From Shigella phage ESh17: DNA of 64,000 bases. The position numbers were made by a program, and so were the translations under genes. The stretch is from sequence record ON528727. One strand, 5' to 3'. The notes under the pieces were generated by a model. It was not told the origin of the DNA. It did not search any database and was given only the letters and a program-made list of their open reading frames with translations. This document shows, one piece after another, positions 56,741-64,000 of this stretch; the first letter of the stretch is position 1, and every line of letters starts with the position of its first letter.

Positions 56741-57262
56741 ATGTTTATTTCAAGTGGAAGTGGTTTAATTCGTGTTGAATTTAAAAATGACATCTTTCTT
56801 ATTCAAGGAGATGATATTATTAAAATGAGTTATGACGAAATCAAGAAAATTTGTCATGCTCTTGAAAGTCATGGAAAAGTGAACGCTGTTATTGATATTG
56901 GCGATTTATGGGTGACACTTTATGAAGTATCCGAAGGATTTAACATTGAAGATGAAAATAACATTTTAGCTATTGATAAAAGAAGTGATTTGTTTGATGT
57001 ATTAAAAGTTTATGAACAGTCAAATGGCGGAAGAAAAGCTGTATTGATTTATCAAAAACCGCATTCATGTGGAACTGCTTCAATCATTTCAAATATTGAA
57101 GATGAAACTGATACTTATATGTGTGTTTTAAAAGCTGGTGGTGACCGTCATCCGGATTTTATTTCTATTCGTCAAAACAATGGAGAAATTTCATTATCAA
57201 AATCAGAAGCTGAGGCTATGATTAAGTATTTAACAACTGTTACACCTTCAATGAAAGGATAA
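56741..57262 (+). CDS. paralog of the preceding gene, 173 aa
   Basis: shares the Q-x-DD ... E-A-x-A-[IM]-K-x-Y-L-x-x-V-x-P-[ST]-M module. Confidence 0.45.
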   Translation: MFISSGSGLIRVEFKNDIFLIQGDDIIKMSYDEIKKICHALESHGKVNAVIDIGDLWVTLYEVSEGFNIEDENNILAIDKRSDLFDVLKVYEQSNGGRKAVLIYQKPHSCGTASIISNIEDETDTYMCVLKAGGDRHPDFISIRQNNGEISLSKSEAEAMIKYLTTVTPSMKG

Positions 57263-57264
57263 TT

Positions 57265-57738
57265 ATGATTATTAATGAAAACTCTTGGCACTTTAAAATT
57301 TACTCGGCATTTAACAGCACATGGAATCGTCCAAAAACGTTATGTGCTTATTTTTGGAAAACGTTTCTCCCGGTATTAGCTGTTTCAATTGTTGGATTTG
57401 CAACTTTAGCAGGTGCCGCAATCATTGGCCAAGAAATTTTAATTAAATTCTTTGTCTTTAGTAGTCTATGGACATTAGTTCCGGCTTCAATTGGTATAGG
57501 TATTTTAACAATATCAATAATGGTTCTTATTGCAGTCGCGGCGGTAATTGGTCCTTCCTGGTTGTTAGACAAATATAACGACCGAAAGCTCAATAAAGAA
57601 ATTGAACTCATTATACAAAACGAAGAACGAATCAAAAATGGACTTGAGCCTATTCAACCCAAGAAATCGATTATCGTTGAATTTTTAAAAGCTCGTAAAG
57701 CTAAAGTATGTCCTGTTATTGAATATAAGGCTGAATGA
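57265..57738 (+). CDS. polytopic membrane protein, 157 aa
   Basis: three hydrophobic helices; overlaps the next gene by 4 nt. Confidence 0.45.
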   Translation: MIINENSWHFKIYSAFNSTWNRPKTLCAYFWKTFLPVLAVSIVGFATLAGAAIIGQEILIKFFVFSSLWTLVPASIGIGILTISIMVLIAVAAVIGPSWLLDKYNDRKLNKEIELIIQNEERIKNGLEPIQPKKSIIVEFLKARKAKVCPVIEYKAE

Positions 57739-58748
57739 TGAAAACAGTAATGAAAAGCTATTTTGGTAGTCATCTTTATGGAACTTCTACTCCAGAATCG
57801 GATGTAGATTTTAAAGAAATTTTTGTTCCTCCTGCTCGTGATATTCTTATCGGAAACGTTAAAGAGCATATGAGCAAAAACACTAACAACACATCATCTA
57901 AAAACACTAAAGATGATATTGACCATGAACTATACAGTCTTAAATATTTCTTTAAATTAGCAGCAGATGGTGAAACTGTAGCATTGGATATGCTCCACAC
58001 TCCACCTGAACTAGTAGTTAAATCTGATTTGCCTGATGTGTGGAAGTTTATTCAAGACAACCGTTCTCGTTTTTATACGACTAACATGAAATCATATTTA
58101 GGATATGTCCGCAAGCAAGCTTCTAAATACGGTGTTAAAGGTTCTCGTTTGGCTGCATTACGTGATGTATTGAAAGTAGTTAATCAAATCCCTGAGCAGT
58201 GGATTGATTACCAAGAAGATGGTTCTATTAAGCAGCGTCGCACTAAAGTTGAAGATATTAAGCATCGTCTTCCAGAAAACGAATTCTGTGAATGGGTGTT
58301 CCATAATCATGAGAAAACAGGCCCACAAACGTTCTACACTGTGTTGGGTCGTAAATATCAGACAACGCTTTCTCTTATTGAGCTTAAGCAGTCACTGAAC
58401 AAATTAGATGCTGAATATGGTGAACGTGCTCGTAAGGCCGAAGCCAATGAAGGTATTGACTGGAAAGCTTTGAGTCATGCTTGTCGTGGTGGACTCCAAC
58501 TATTGGAAATTTACAAAACTGGTGACTTAGTCTATCCACTTCAAGATGCTCCATTTATTCTCGACGTGAAGTTGGGTAAACATCCATTTAAAACAGTTCA
58601 AGAGTTTTTGGAAGATGTGGTCGATCAAGTAGAAGCAGCATCTACTGAAGCTTCTAAGAACGGTATGCCTAAAACAGTAGACATGAGTTTCTGGGATGAC
58701 TTCCTTGAGAAGGTCTATCTTGAAAACCACCGAAGTTATTATAAATGA
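57735..58748 (+). CDS. Pol-beta-superfamily nucleotidyltransferase-like protein, 337 aa
   Basis: N-terminal GSHLYGTSTPESDVDF (GS-x9-DxD) and downstream VALDML acidic strand. Confidence 0.5.
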   Translation: MMKTVMKSYFGSHLYGTSTPESDVDFKEIFVPPARDILIGNVKEHMSKNTNNTSSKNTKDDIDHELYSLKYFFKLAADGETVALDMLHTPPELVVKSDLPDVWKFIQDNRSRFYTTNMKSYLGYVRKQASKYGVKGSRLAALRDVLKVVNQIPEQWIDYQEDGSIKQRRTKVEDIKHRLPENEFCEWVFHNHEKTGPQTFYTVLGRKYQTTLSLIELKQSLNKLDAEYGERARKAEANEGIDWKALSHACRGGLQLLEIYKTGDLVYPLQDAPFILDVKLGKHPFKTVQEFLEDVVDQVEAASTEASKNGMPKTVDMSFWDDFLEKVYLENHRSYYK

Positions 58749-58750
58749 TA

Positions 58751-58776
58751 GGGAGCCTTCGGGCTCCCTTTTTTAT
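58751..58776 (+). terminator. intrinsic terminator
   Basis: gggagcc-ttcg-ggctccc then T6. Confidence 0.8.
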
Positions 58777-58799
58777 TTCAAAAATTTTTTCACAAAACG

Positions 58800-58829
58800 G
58801 TTTACAGGCATAAAGCTTTATGGTACTAT
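58800..58829 (+). promoter_or_regulatory. early promoter with conserved leader tggtactatacaactatcaact
   Basis: GTTTAC, N18, TACTAT. Confidence 0.6.
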
Positions 58830-58863
58830 ACAACTATCAACTGATACGGATTTGGAGAATAAA

Positions 58864-59832
58864 ATGAAAACTGTAACTATCAATAAGGGTATCTACTTCG
58901 GTAAAGAAATCTCTGGAACTTTTGAGCTCTTAGGTGAATGGTTCCCAGATAATGCTCCGGTGGATGCACAAGGAGATGGTAAAGTTTTTGTTGAAATTGA
59001 CGGTAAGCGTCGCGGTGTTTGGGTTTACAAATCAGACATTTCATATGATGGTGTAAAAGTTGAAGAAGTTAAAGAATCATATGAAGATATGAAAACCCGC
59101 ATTAATAAAAGATTTAATGTTATGGGAATGATGACGAATGGTATTATTAACGGAAACATTCGTTCATTAATTATCTCTGGTGCGGCAGGCATTGGTAAAA
59201 CGTATTCTTTAGATAAAGCTTTAAATAAAGCAAATGATATTGGATACATTGAATATAAAAGCATTAACGGTAAAATCTCTGGTATCGGTCTTTATGAACA
59301 GCTCTGGAATAATCGTGAAGAGAATTCTGTCCTTTTGATTGATGATGTGGATGTTTTCTCTGATATGGACATTCTTAATCTTTTGAAAGCTGCTCTGGAC
59401 ACTGGAGAGACCCGTAAAGTCTGCTGGAGCACTGCATCTTCTTACTTAGAAGAAAAAGGCATTGAGCGTGAGTTTGAATTTAAAGGAACGATTGTTTTTA
59501 TCACAAACGTTGACATTGACCGCGAATTAGACCGTGGTACTAAACTTGCTCCACATTTACAAGCATTAGTTTCCCGCTCGGTTTATTTAGATTTGGGTGT
59601 TCACACTAATGAAGAAATTATGGTCAGGGTTGAAGATGTTATTCTTTCAACCGACATGATGCAAAAGCGTGGTCTTTCTGATGAAGAAACTTATAAAGCA
59701 TTATCATGGATGAAAGTCAATGTTAATCGTTTACGCAATGTTTCACTGCGTACTGCTCTTTATCTTGCTGACTTTATTATGACCGACAAAAATGGTTGGG
59801 AAGAAATTGCTGAGGTTACTCTTCTGAAATAA
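58864..59832 (+). CDS. AAA+-type P-loop ATPase, 322 aa
   Basis: start ATG 58864 after GGAGAA; Walker A GAAGIGKT, Walker B VLLIDDVD, sensor-1-like FITN; ORF-track N-terminal extension crosses a terminator and promoter. Confidence 0.55.
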   Translation: MKTVTINKGIYFGKEISGTFELLGEWFPDNAPVDAQGDGKVFVEIDGKRRGVWVYKSDISYDGVKVEEVKESYEDMKTRINKRFNVMGMMTNGIINGNIRSLIISGAAGIGKTYSLDKALNKANDIGYIEYKSINGKISGIGLYEQLWNNREENSVLLIDDVDVFSDMDILNLLKAALDTGETRKVCWSTASSYLEEKGIEREFEFKGTIVFITNVDIDRELDRGTKLAPHLQALVSRSVYLDLGVHTNEEIMVRVEDVILSTDMMQKRGLSDEETYKALSWMKVNVNRLRNVSLRTALYLADFIMTDKNGWEEIAEVTLLK

Positions 59833-59933
59833 TTCATAAGAGGCCTTCTATGACAAAAAGGCAGTTCAGAAATAGATTATATGGACTGCCATTAAAAAGA
59901 TGACTAGAATTAAACTGGTAAATGGAGGTAGTG

Positions 59934-60236
59934 ATGTTATACTCAAAGGCTCGTGAAATTTACGAAACTAAAATTAAAGAAGCAGTATTTCAGTTCGCAA
60001 CAACGATGCGATGGACAAATGATTGGGAATACTCCAAGAATCATAAGAAGCCCTTGGTGACAAGAAAGGCTCATATGTTAGTGTTAATAGACCGTGAGCA
60101 GATTAAAGCCCGAGAAGCCCTCCAGAATCATAAAAAGGCTGCCTTTGAATGGTTTATGGATAACACTGCTCCTGAGACTAAGAAAGCAGTGAGCGCGTGG
60201 TTCAGTGGAAAAAATTGTGAAAGAAGTTTCTTTTAG
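59934..60236 (+). CDS. hypothetical basic protein, 100 aa
   Basis: ATG 59934 after GGAGGT; in-frame upstream ATG at 59922 is an alternative start. Confidence 0.4.
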   Translation: MLYSKAREIYETKIKEAVFQFATTMRWTNDWEYSKNHKKPLVTRKAHMLVLIDREQIKAREALQNHKKAAFEWFMDNTAPETKKAVSAWFSGKNCERSFF

Positions 60237-60238
60237 TT

Positions 60239-60268
60239 GTTTACAAGACTGTTCCTCCATGGTACTAT
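60239..60268 (+). promoter_or_regulatory. early promoter with conserved leader, inside a 9-bp inverted repeat
   Basis: GTTTAC, N18, TACTAT; tgttcctcc ... ggaggaaca. Confidence 0.6.
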
Positions 60269-60296
60269 ACAACTATCAACTACGGAGGAACAGAAA

Positions 60297-60824
60297 ATGA
60301 ACGCTAAAGATATTTTCAACCTGGTAAATTACAACGATGGTAAATTTAAATCAGAAGCACAAAGCAAGTTCTTTAATGACATCTCAATTGGAGGTGAAAT
60401 CACTGTTGATGGAGGACAAATTTACAAATCCCGTTGGAATTGGATCGTTATTATTGACGAGATCGGTATTGTAGAAATTTACAAGAATACGAATAAAAAT
60501 CGTACATTACACTGGTCTCGTGATACTAACGAACAGTACAAAAAGGATAAAGCATCTAAATTATCTCGTGTAACTCAAGAAGATATTGAGTTCATCAAGA
60601 AAGATATTTTGATGTATGATAACTTAATTGCTGAAGAGCAAGCTGTTATTGATAAATTTGACGAGATTAAAGCTTCTCGTGAAATTCCTGATTTTATGAA
60701 AGAATCAGTAAATGAACGATACACTCTCATTTCAGAGCGTATTGAAACTTACAAAAAGCAAAGAGCTGAACGCCAAAATACTCTTCGGAAGTTTGAAGAA
60801 CGGTTAAAGACGGTACTCGCATAA
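60297..60824 (+). CDS. hypothetical protein, 175 aa
   Basis: start ATG 60297 after GGAGGAA; ORF-track start 60237 is a TTG inside the promoter. Confidence 0.45.
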   Translation: MNAKDIFNLVNYNDGKFKSEAQSKFFNDISIGGEITVDGGQIYKSRWNWIVIIDEIGIVEIYKNTNKNRTLHWSRDTNEQYKKDKASKLSRVTQEDIEFIKKDILMYDNLIAEEQAVIDKFDEIKASREIPDFMKESVNERYTLISERIETYKKQRAERQNTLRKFEERLKTVLA

Positions 60825-60841
60825 CCGCTTTATACCAAGGA

Positions 60842-60850
60842 TGGTATAAT
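60842..60850 (+). promoter_or_regulatory. candidate extended -10 promoter element
   Basis: TGGTATAAT 30 nt upstream of the 60880 ATG; no clear -35. Confidence 0.3.
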
Positions 60851-60879
60851 GGTTCTAAGCCCTTTTAATTGAGATTATT

Positions 60880-61287
60880 ATGAAACAGTTGATAATTAAA
60901 AGATTGAATTTATTGATATGTTGTTTATGCGTAGTAGTTGCATATGGTTATTATGCTATTAATGATTATATGCATTATAAAGATTATGATGTTACTGTAG
61001 TTAATACCTTTACAGGAACTCAAGGAAAGGGGTCTAGTTTATCGTTTATTGCCGTATATGAACTAAATGACGGTTATAGATTTAGCGAATATATTTCACC
61101 GGAGATGTATTCTTCAATAGAAAAAGGTGATAATATTACTGTAAGTTTACGTCCTTTCGACGTAAAACAGACATTGTTTGATAATATTGTTTGGTTCTTT
61201 GGAATGGTATTAGTTCAATCTGTGTGTGGTGCTTATATAGTCTGTTCCATCTTATTCTGTATATTTAGTAAAATTGAAATTGAGTGA
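60880..61287 (+). CDS. membrane protein with N- and C-terminal hydrophobic helices, 135 aa
   Basis: ORF; hydrophobic termini. Confidence 0.45.
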   Translation: MKQLIIKRLNLLICCLCVVVAYGYYAINDYMHYKDYDVTVVNTFTGTQGKGSSLSFIAVYELNDGYRFSEYISPEMYSSIEKGDNITVSLRPFDVKQTLFDNIVWFFGMVLVQSVCGAYIVCSILFCIFSKIEIE

Positions 61288-61294
61288 GGAAAAT

Positions 61295-62182
61295 ATGTCA
61301 GTAGTAATTAATAATGTCAATGCAGTAATTAAATCTTTAGTTAATAAAAAATTGAATGAATGGACTGTACTTCGTCGTGGAGAGCCAGATAAATTTTTTC
61401 ATAGATTTAACCCAACTTTGGATTTGAATGTTATTGACAGAGATGTTCATGCAGAAATTTTAGATAAGTTTAAAGTTGATATTGGATTTGGATTAGAAAA
61501 ACATTTACAGCGAACAAACGGATCTGGAATGAGTTTATCTAATCGCATTATGAAAGCACTTAATAAAATTGGAGCATTGTCTCGTATTAACGCGAGTGAA
61601 ATCCTTCGCAATTATAATAAAGGATACGACCTTTATGGTCGACTAATGCCGAAATTATCATTTGACCAAATGATTGCGGATTTGTGGGAAAATCAACGAC
61701 GATTATTAGCATTAGGCGCTCGATTAGCTAAAGGTCTAGATAAACAAATGATTTTTAAGACCAATAATACAGAAGACCTTAAATGCTTTAAATTTAGTAT
61801 TCGCGGCGATGATTATTACGTCAGAGCTCGCTCTACAGATTATGTTAATATGGGGCATCATCTCTGTTTAGCTTTTGAAGTTTTAAAAGAAGCCGGAACA
61901 TTAGAATATGTGTCTGGTGCTAAATGCCCGATTGGTTCAAGTTGTATTTTAATTTATCGCCCGGATGAATCCAGTTCAACTAAATTGCCTACAAAACCTG
62001 TACCAGTTCGCAGTAATGAAAAACATTCTGAGCAAATTGATTATTTTAATAAGCAAATTGAAGAGCTGAATATTTCTATTCAACAGTATGACGATGAAAT
62101 TTTCAGACTATCTGGATTGAGTAGTAAAGCTAAATCTGAGCGTGAAAAATTAATTAAAATTGTTGATTTACTTAAATCTTAA
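61295..62182 (+). CDS. hypothetical protein with C-terminal coiled coil, 295 aa
   Basis: start ATG 61295 after GAGTGAGGA; ORF-track start 61274 is TTG. Confidence 0.45.
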   Translation: MSVVINNVNAVIKSLVNKKLNEWTVLRRGEPDKFFHRFNPTLDLNVIDRDVHAEILDKFKVDIGFGLEKHLQRTNGSGMSLSNRIMKALNKIGALSRINASEILRNYNKGYDLYGRLMPKLSFDQMIADLWENQRRLLALGARLAKGLDKQMIFKTNNTEDLKCFKFSIRGDDYYVRARSTDYVNMGHHLCLAFEVLKEAGTLEYVSGAKCPIGSSCILIYRPDESSSTKLPTKPVPVRSNEKHSEQIDYFNKQIEELNISIQQYDDEIFRLSGLSSKAKSEREKLIKIVDLLKS

Positions 62183-62190
62183 GGAACACT

Positions 62191-63210
62191 ATGAAAACTC
62201 GTTCTCAAATTGAAGATATGGTTCGTAATGCCAGCTATACTCGTGATGTTATGACATTTTTGTGCCAAAATAATTTAGACCCTGATAAAGTTAATAGTGA
62301 TATTCACTTTAAGTATATGAATAGCAGTGAATGGTTACGTCATTTTGATAAAGCTGGATATATTACACAAATGACTGCTCGTGAGCAGCTCACCGATTTC
62401 TGTAAAACTATTGATTATAAAAATCCTCTATTTGTTCAAGGTGTTGGTCAGAGTAAGGTCGATTTATCATCTGGATTTTTCAATCCAAATCATTATCGTA
62501 TTGAATGGAGATTTATTGCTCTATTCCGTAAACAATTAAAGCAAATTTTGTCGACGGCTAGTCGATTAAAAGGTTCTGATATTAACTTAAAGAACCTGAA
62601 ATTTGATGGTTATACTCTTCAGATGGAAGTAAGACCATTAAAAGAAAATAATAGAACTGCACGAATTAGCTTTAAACCTAATACAAAAAATTCTCTTTCA
62701 ATTTGTGAATGTCTTAAATCACAGCTGACAGAAGCATTTAAGTATATGGATGTTGTTGCTGCTGTTCAATCTAAGATTTCGCCGCATTTCGAACGATTTA
62801 AATTAGATACGACAACATATGAACTTGATATGATCGTTTCATTTAAATACGATTTTTTGAGAAAGGACGAAGTCCCGCAAGAGAAAAAGCAGGAAGTGCA
62901 AGATAACTTAAATTTATCCAATTACTTATCAAACGATCCTAAATTTTGGATGTATAGTTCAGGTAATAATGATGCATGGAAATTCAATAAAGTGAATTTT
63001 CTTCCTGTTGAAAATCCGAGTCTTAAACCTGTTGAAAAATGGCACGCGGATGCGATTGAGAAGTCTATCAAGGCAGTAGATGATGAACTCGTTAAAGCGA
63101 CCAATGAAGTGCTAGAAGCTGAAAAGGCGTTAGAACAAGCTCAATCGAGGGTTCAAAATCTGACAAAACAACGTTCTAAACTGAACAACGCACTAAATGC
63201 ACTAAACTAG
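62191..63210 (+). CDS. hypothetical protein with C-terminal coiled coil, 339 aa
   Basis: AAGGAA SD. Confidence 0.45.
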   Translation: MKTRSQIEDMVRNASYTRDVMTFLCQNNLDPDKVNSDIHFKYMNSSEWLRHFDKAGYITQMTAREQLTDFCKTIDYKNPLFVQGVGQSKVDLSSGFFNPNHYRIEWRFIALFRKQLKQILSTASRLKGSDINLKNLKFDGYTLQMEVRPLKENNRTARISFKPNTKNSLSICECLKSQLTEAFKYMDVVAAVQSKISPHFERFKLDTTTYELDMIVSFKYDFLRKDEVPQEKKQEVQDNLNLSNYLSNDPKFWMYSSGNNDAWKFNKVNFLPVENPSLKPVEKWHADAIEKSIKAVDDELVKATNEVLEAEKALEQAQSRVQNLTKQRSKLNNALNALN

Positions 63211-63239
63211 TTTACTTCGTCACAAGGATGTGGTATAAT
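63210..63239 (+). promoter_or_regulatory. early promoter with extended -10
   Basis: GTTTAC, N18, TGGTATAAT. Confidence 0.6.
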
Positions 63240-63267
63240 GTTCTTACTTTCTACTGAGGAGATTAAT

Positions 63268-63819
63268 ATGACTCGCAACGAATATATTAAATCGTTCAAC
63301 AGCGTTATTGATGATAAAGCTATACCGATGTTTGGTCAAAATATCGTTCTTTCTATTATCAATCAATGGCTCAATAGTGTTGATGCAAGTATTGTTTCTT
63401 CTACTAAATTTATTCATGAAATTCGTAAAATTTCTAGCCGTGTAGATAAAGATGTTATCAAAAAAACTTTTAAAGAGTCTCGTCTTCTTTCATATTTGGT
63501 TAATCGGGATATTCTTGGTAATTTTGGGAAAGAAATTAAACGAACCAAAGATGTAGTAGGATATAATTGGTTCGGTGATGTTAATTCTTATCATCTTAAT
63601 AATAAAGAAGACCCTGAGAATATTTTTACTCGTCGTTGGATTAGTAATTTCAGACTTTTCAAAGGACAGATTCTAAAATCAGCTTCTAAATTATGTTATG
63701 GCGATTATCGTCAAATTCATCCTTTGGCTTCTGATATGATTATCATAAAAGAATATGAACTTGATAAAAATAAAGTATCTATTTTTTGTGAATTATGGAT
63801 TTTTTACACCAGAAACTAA
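63268..63819 (+). CDS. hypothetical protein, 183 aa
   Basis: start ATG 63268 after GAGGAG; ORF-track start 63238 lies in the promoter. Confidence 0.45.
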   Translation: MTRNEYIKSFNSVIDDKAIPMFGQNIVLSIINQWLNSVDASIVSSTKFIHEIRKISSRVDKDVIKKTFKESRLLSYLVNRDILGNFGKEIKRTKDVVGYNWFGDVNSYHLNNKEDPENIFTRRWISNFRLFKGQILKSASKLCYGDYRQIHPLASDMIIIKEYELDKNKVSIFCELWIFYTRN

Positions 63820-64000
63820 CCAAAAGAACATTAATAAATTTTTCTCAATTGCTAGCACTATAACTCGTCAATTAGAGACCGCATTACTTTGCATGGAAAC
63901 AGTAGAAAATATTCATACATATCCTTTTAAAAATATATGCGGTTGGGAAGGATATAAACTCGTAATTAGCCTTCGTGAAGTGAAATGTGCTTATTCACCT

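Noticed and set aside
63893-64000. Possible ORF start (METVENIHTYPFKNI...) running off the window end
   Set aside because: No recognisable Shine-Dalgarno and only 36 codons are visible; it cannot be supported from this window.

Overview
The window is a contiguous piece of a T4-like (T-even, Tequatrovirus-type) myovirus genome, oriented reverse-complement to the conventional T4 map. All assignments rest on reading the ORF translations, motifs and gene order against what I recall of T4; no database search was possible. Layout: (1) 1-5.8 kb: uvsW.1, uvsW, a GIY-YIG seg-type homing endonuclease, inh, hoc, two small ORFs and rnlB. (2) 5.8-35.7 kb: the minus-strand late morphogenesis block 24-23-22-21-68-67-20-19-18-17-16-15-14-13-wac-12-11-10-9-8-7-6-5.4-5.1-5-53, with TATAAATA late promoters and GC hairpins in the gaps. 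(3) 35.7-39.2 kb: plus-strand 4-2-3-1-57A-57B (57B is the anti-CBASS nuclease Acb1 in T4). (4) 39.2-64 kb: a hyperplastic early region with three internal-protein (capsid-targeting-sequence) genes, an 11-gene tRNA cluster, nudE, e (lysozyme), a GrcA-like glycyl-radical gene, regB, a macro-domain protein, tk, rI, and about 30 small or unknown ORFs behind repeated GTTTAC-N18-TAnnnT early promoters. Core proteins match T4 as far as I can recall, but lysozyme differs at a few residues and the accessory content differs (extra tRNAs, different internal proteins, no recognisable denV, no seg gene between 23 and 24), so this is a T4 relative rather than T4. The most interesting signals are in the accessory half: extra Tyr/Asn/His tRNAs, internal-protein cassettes bracketed by repeats, a composition-distinct gene insertion flanked by 26-bp direct repeats, a mosaic GrcA-like gene with a host-like 3' end, and a membrane-protein / nucleotidyltransferase / AAA+ ATPase module.
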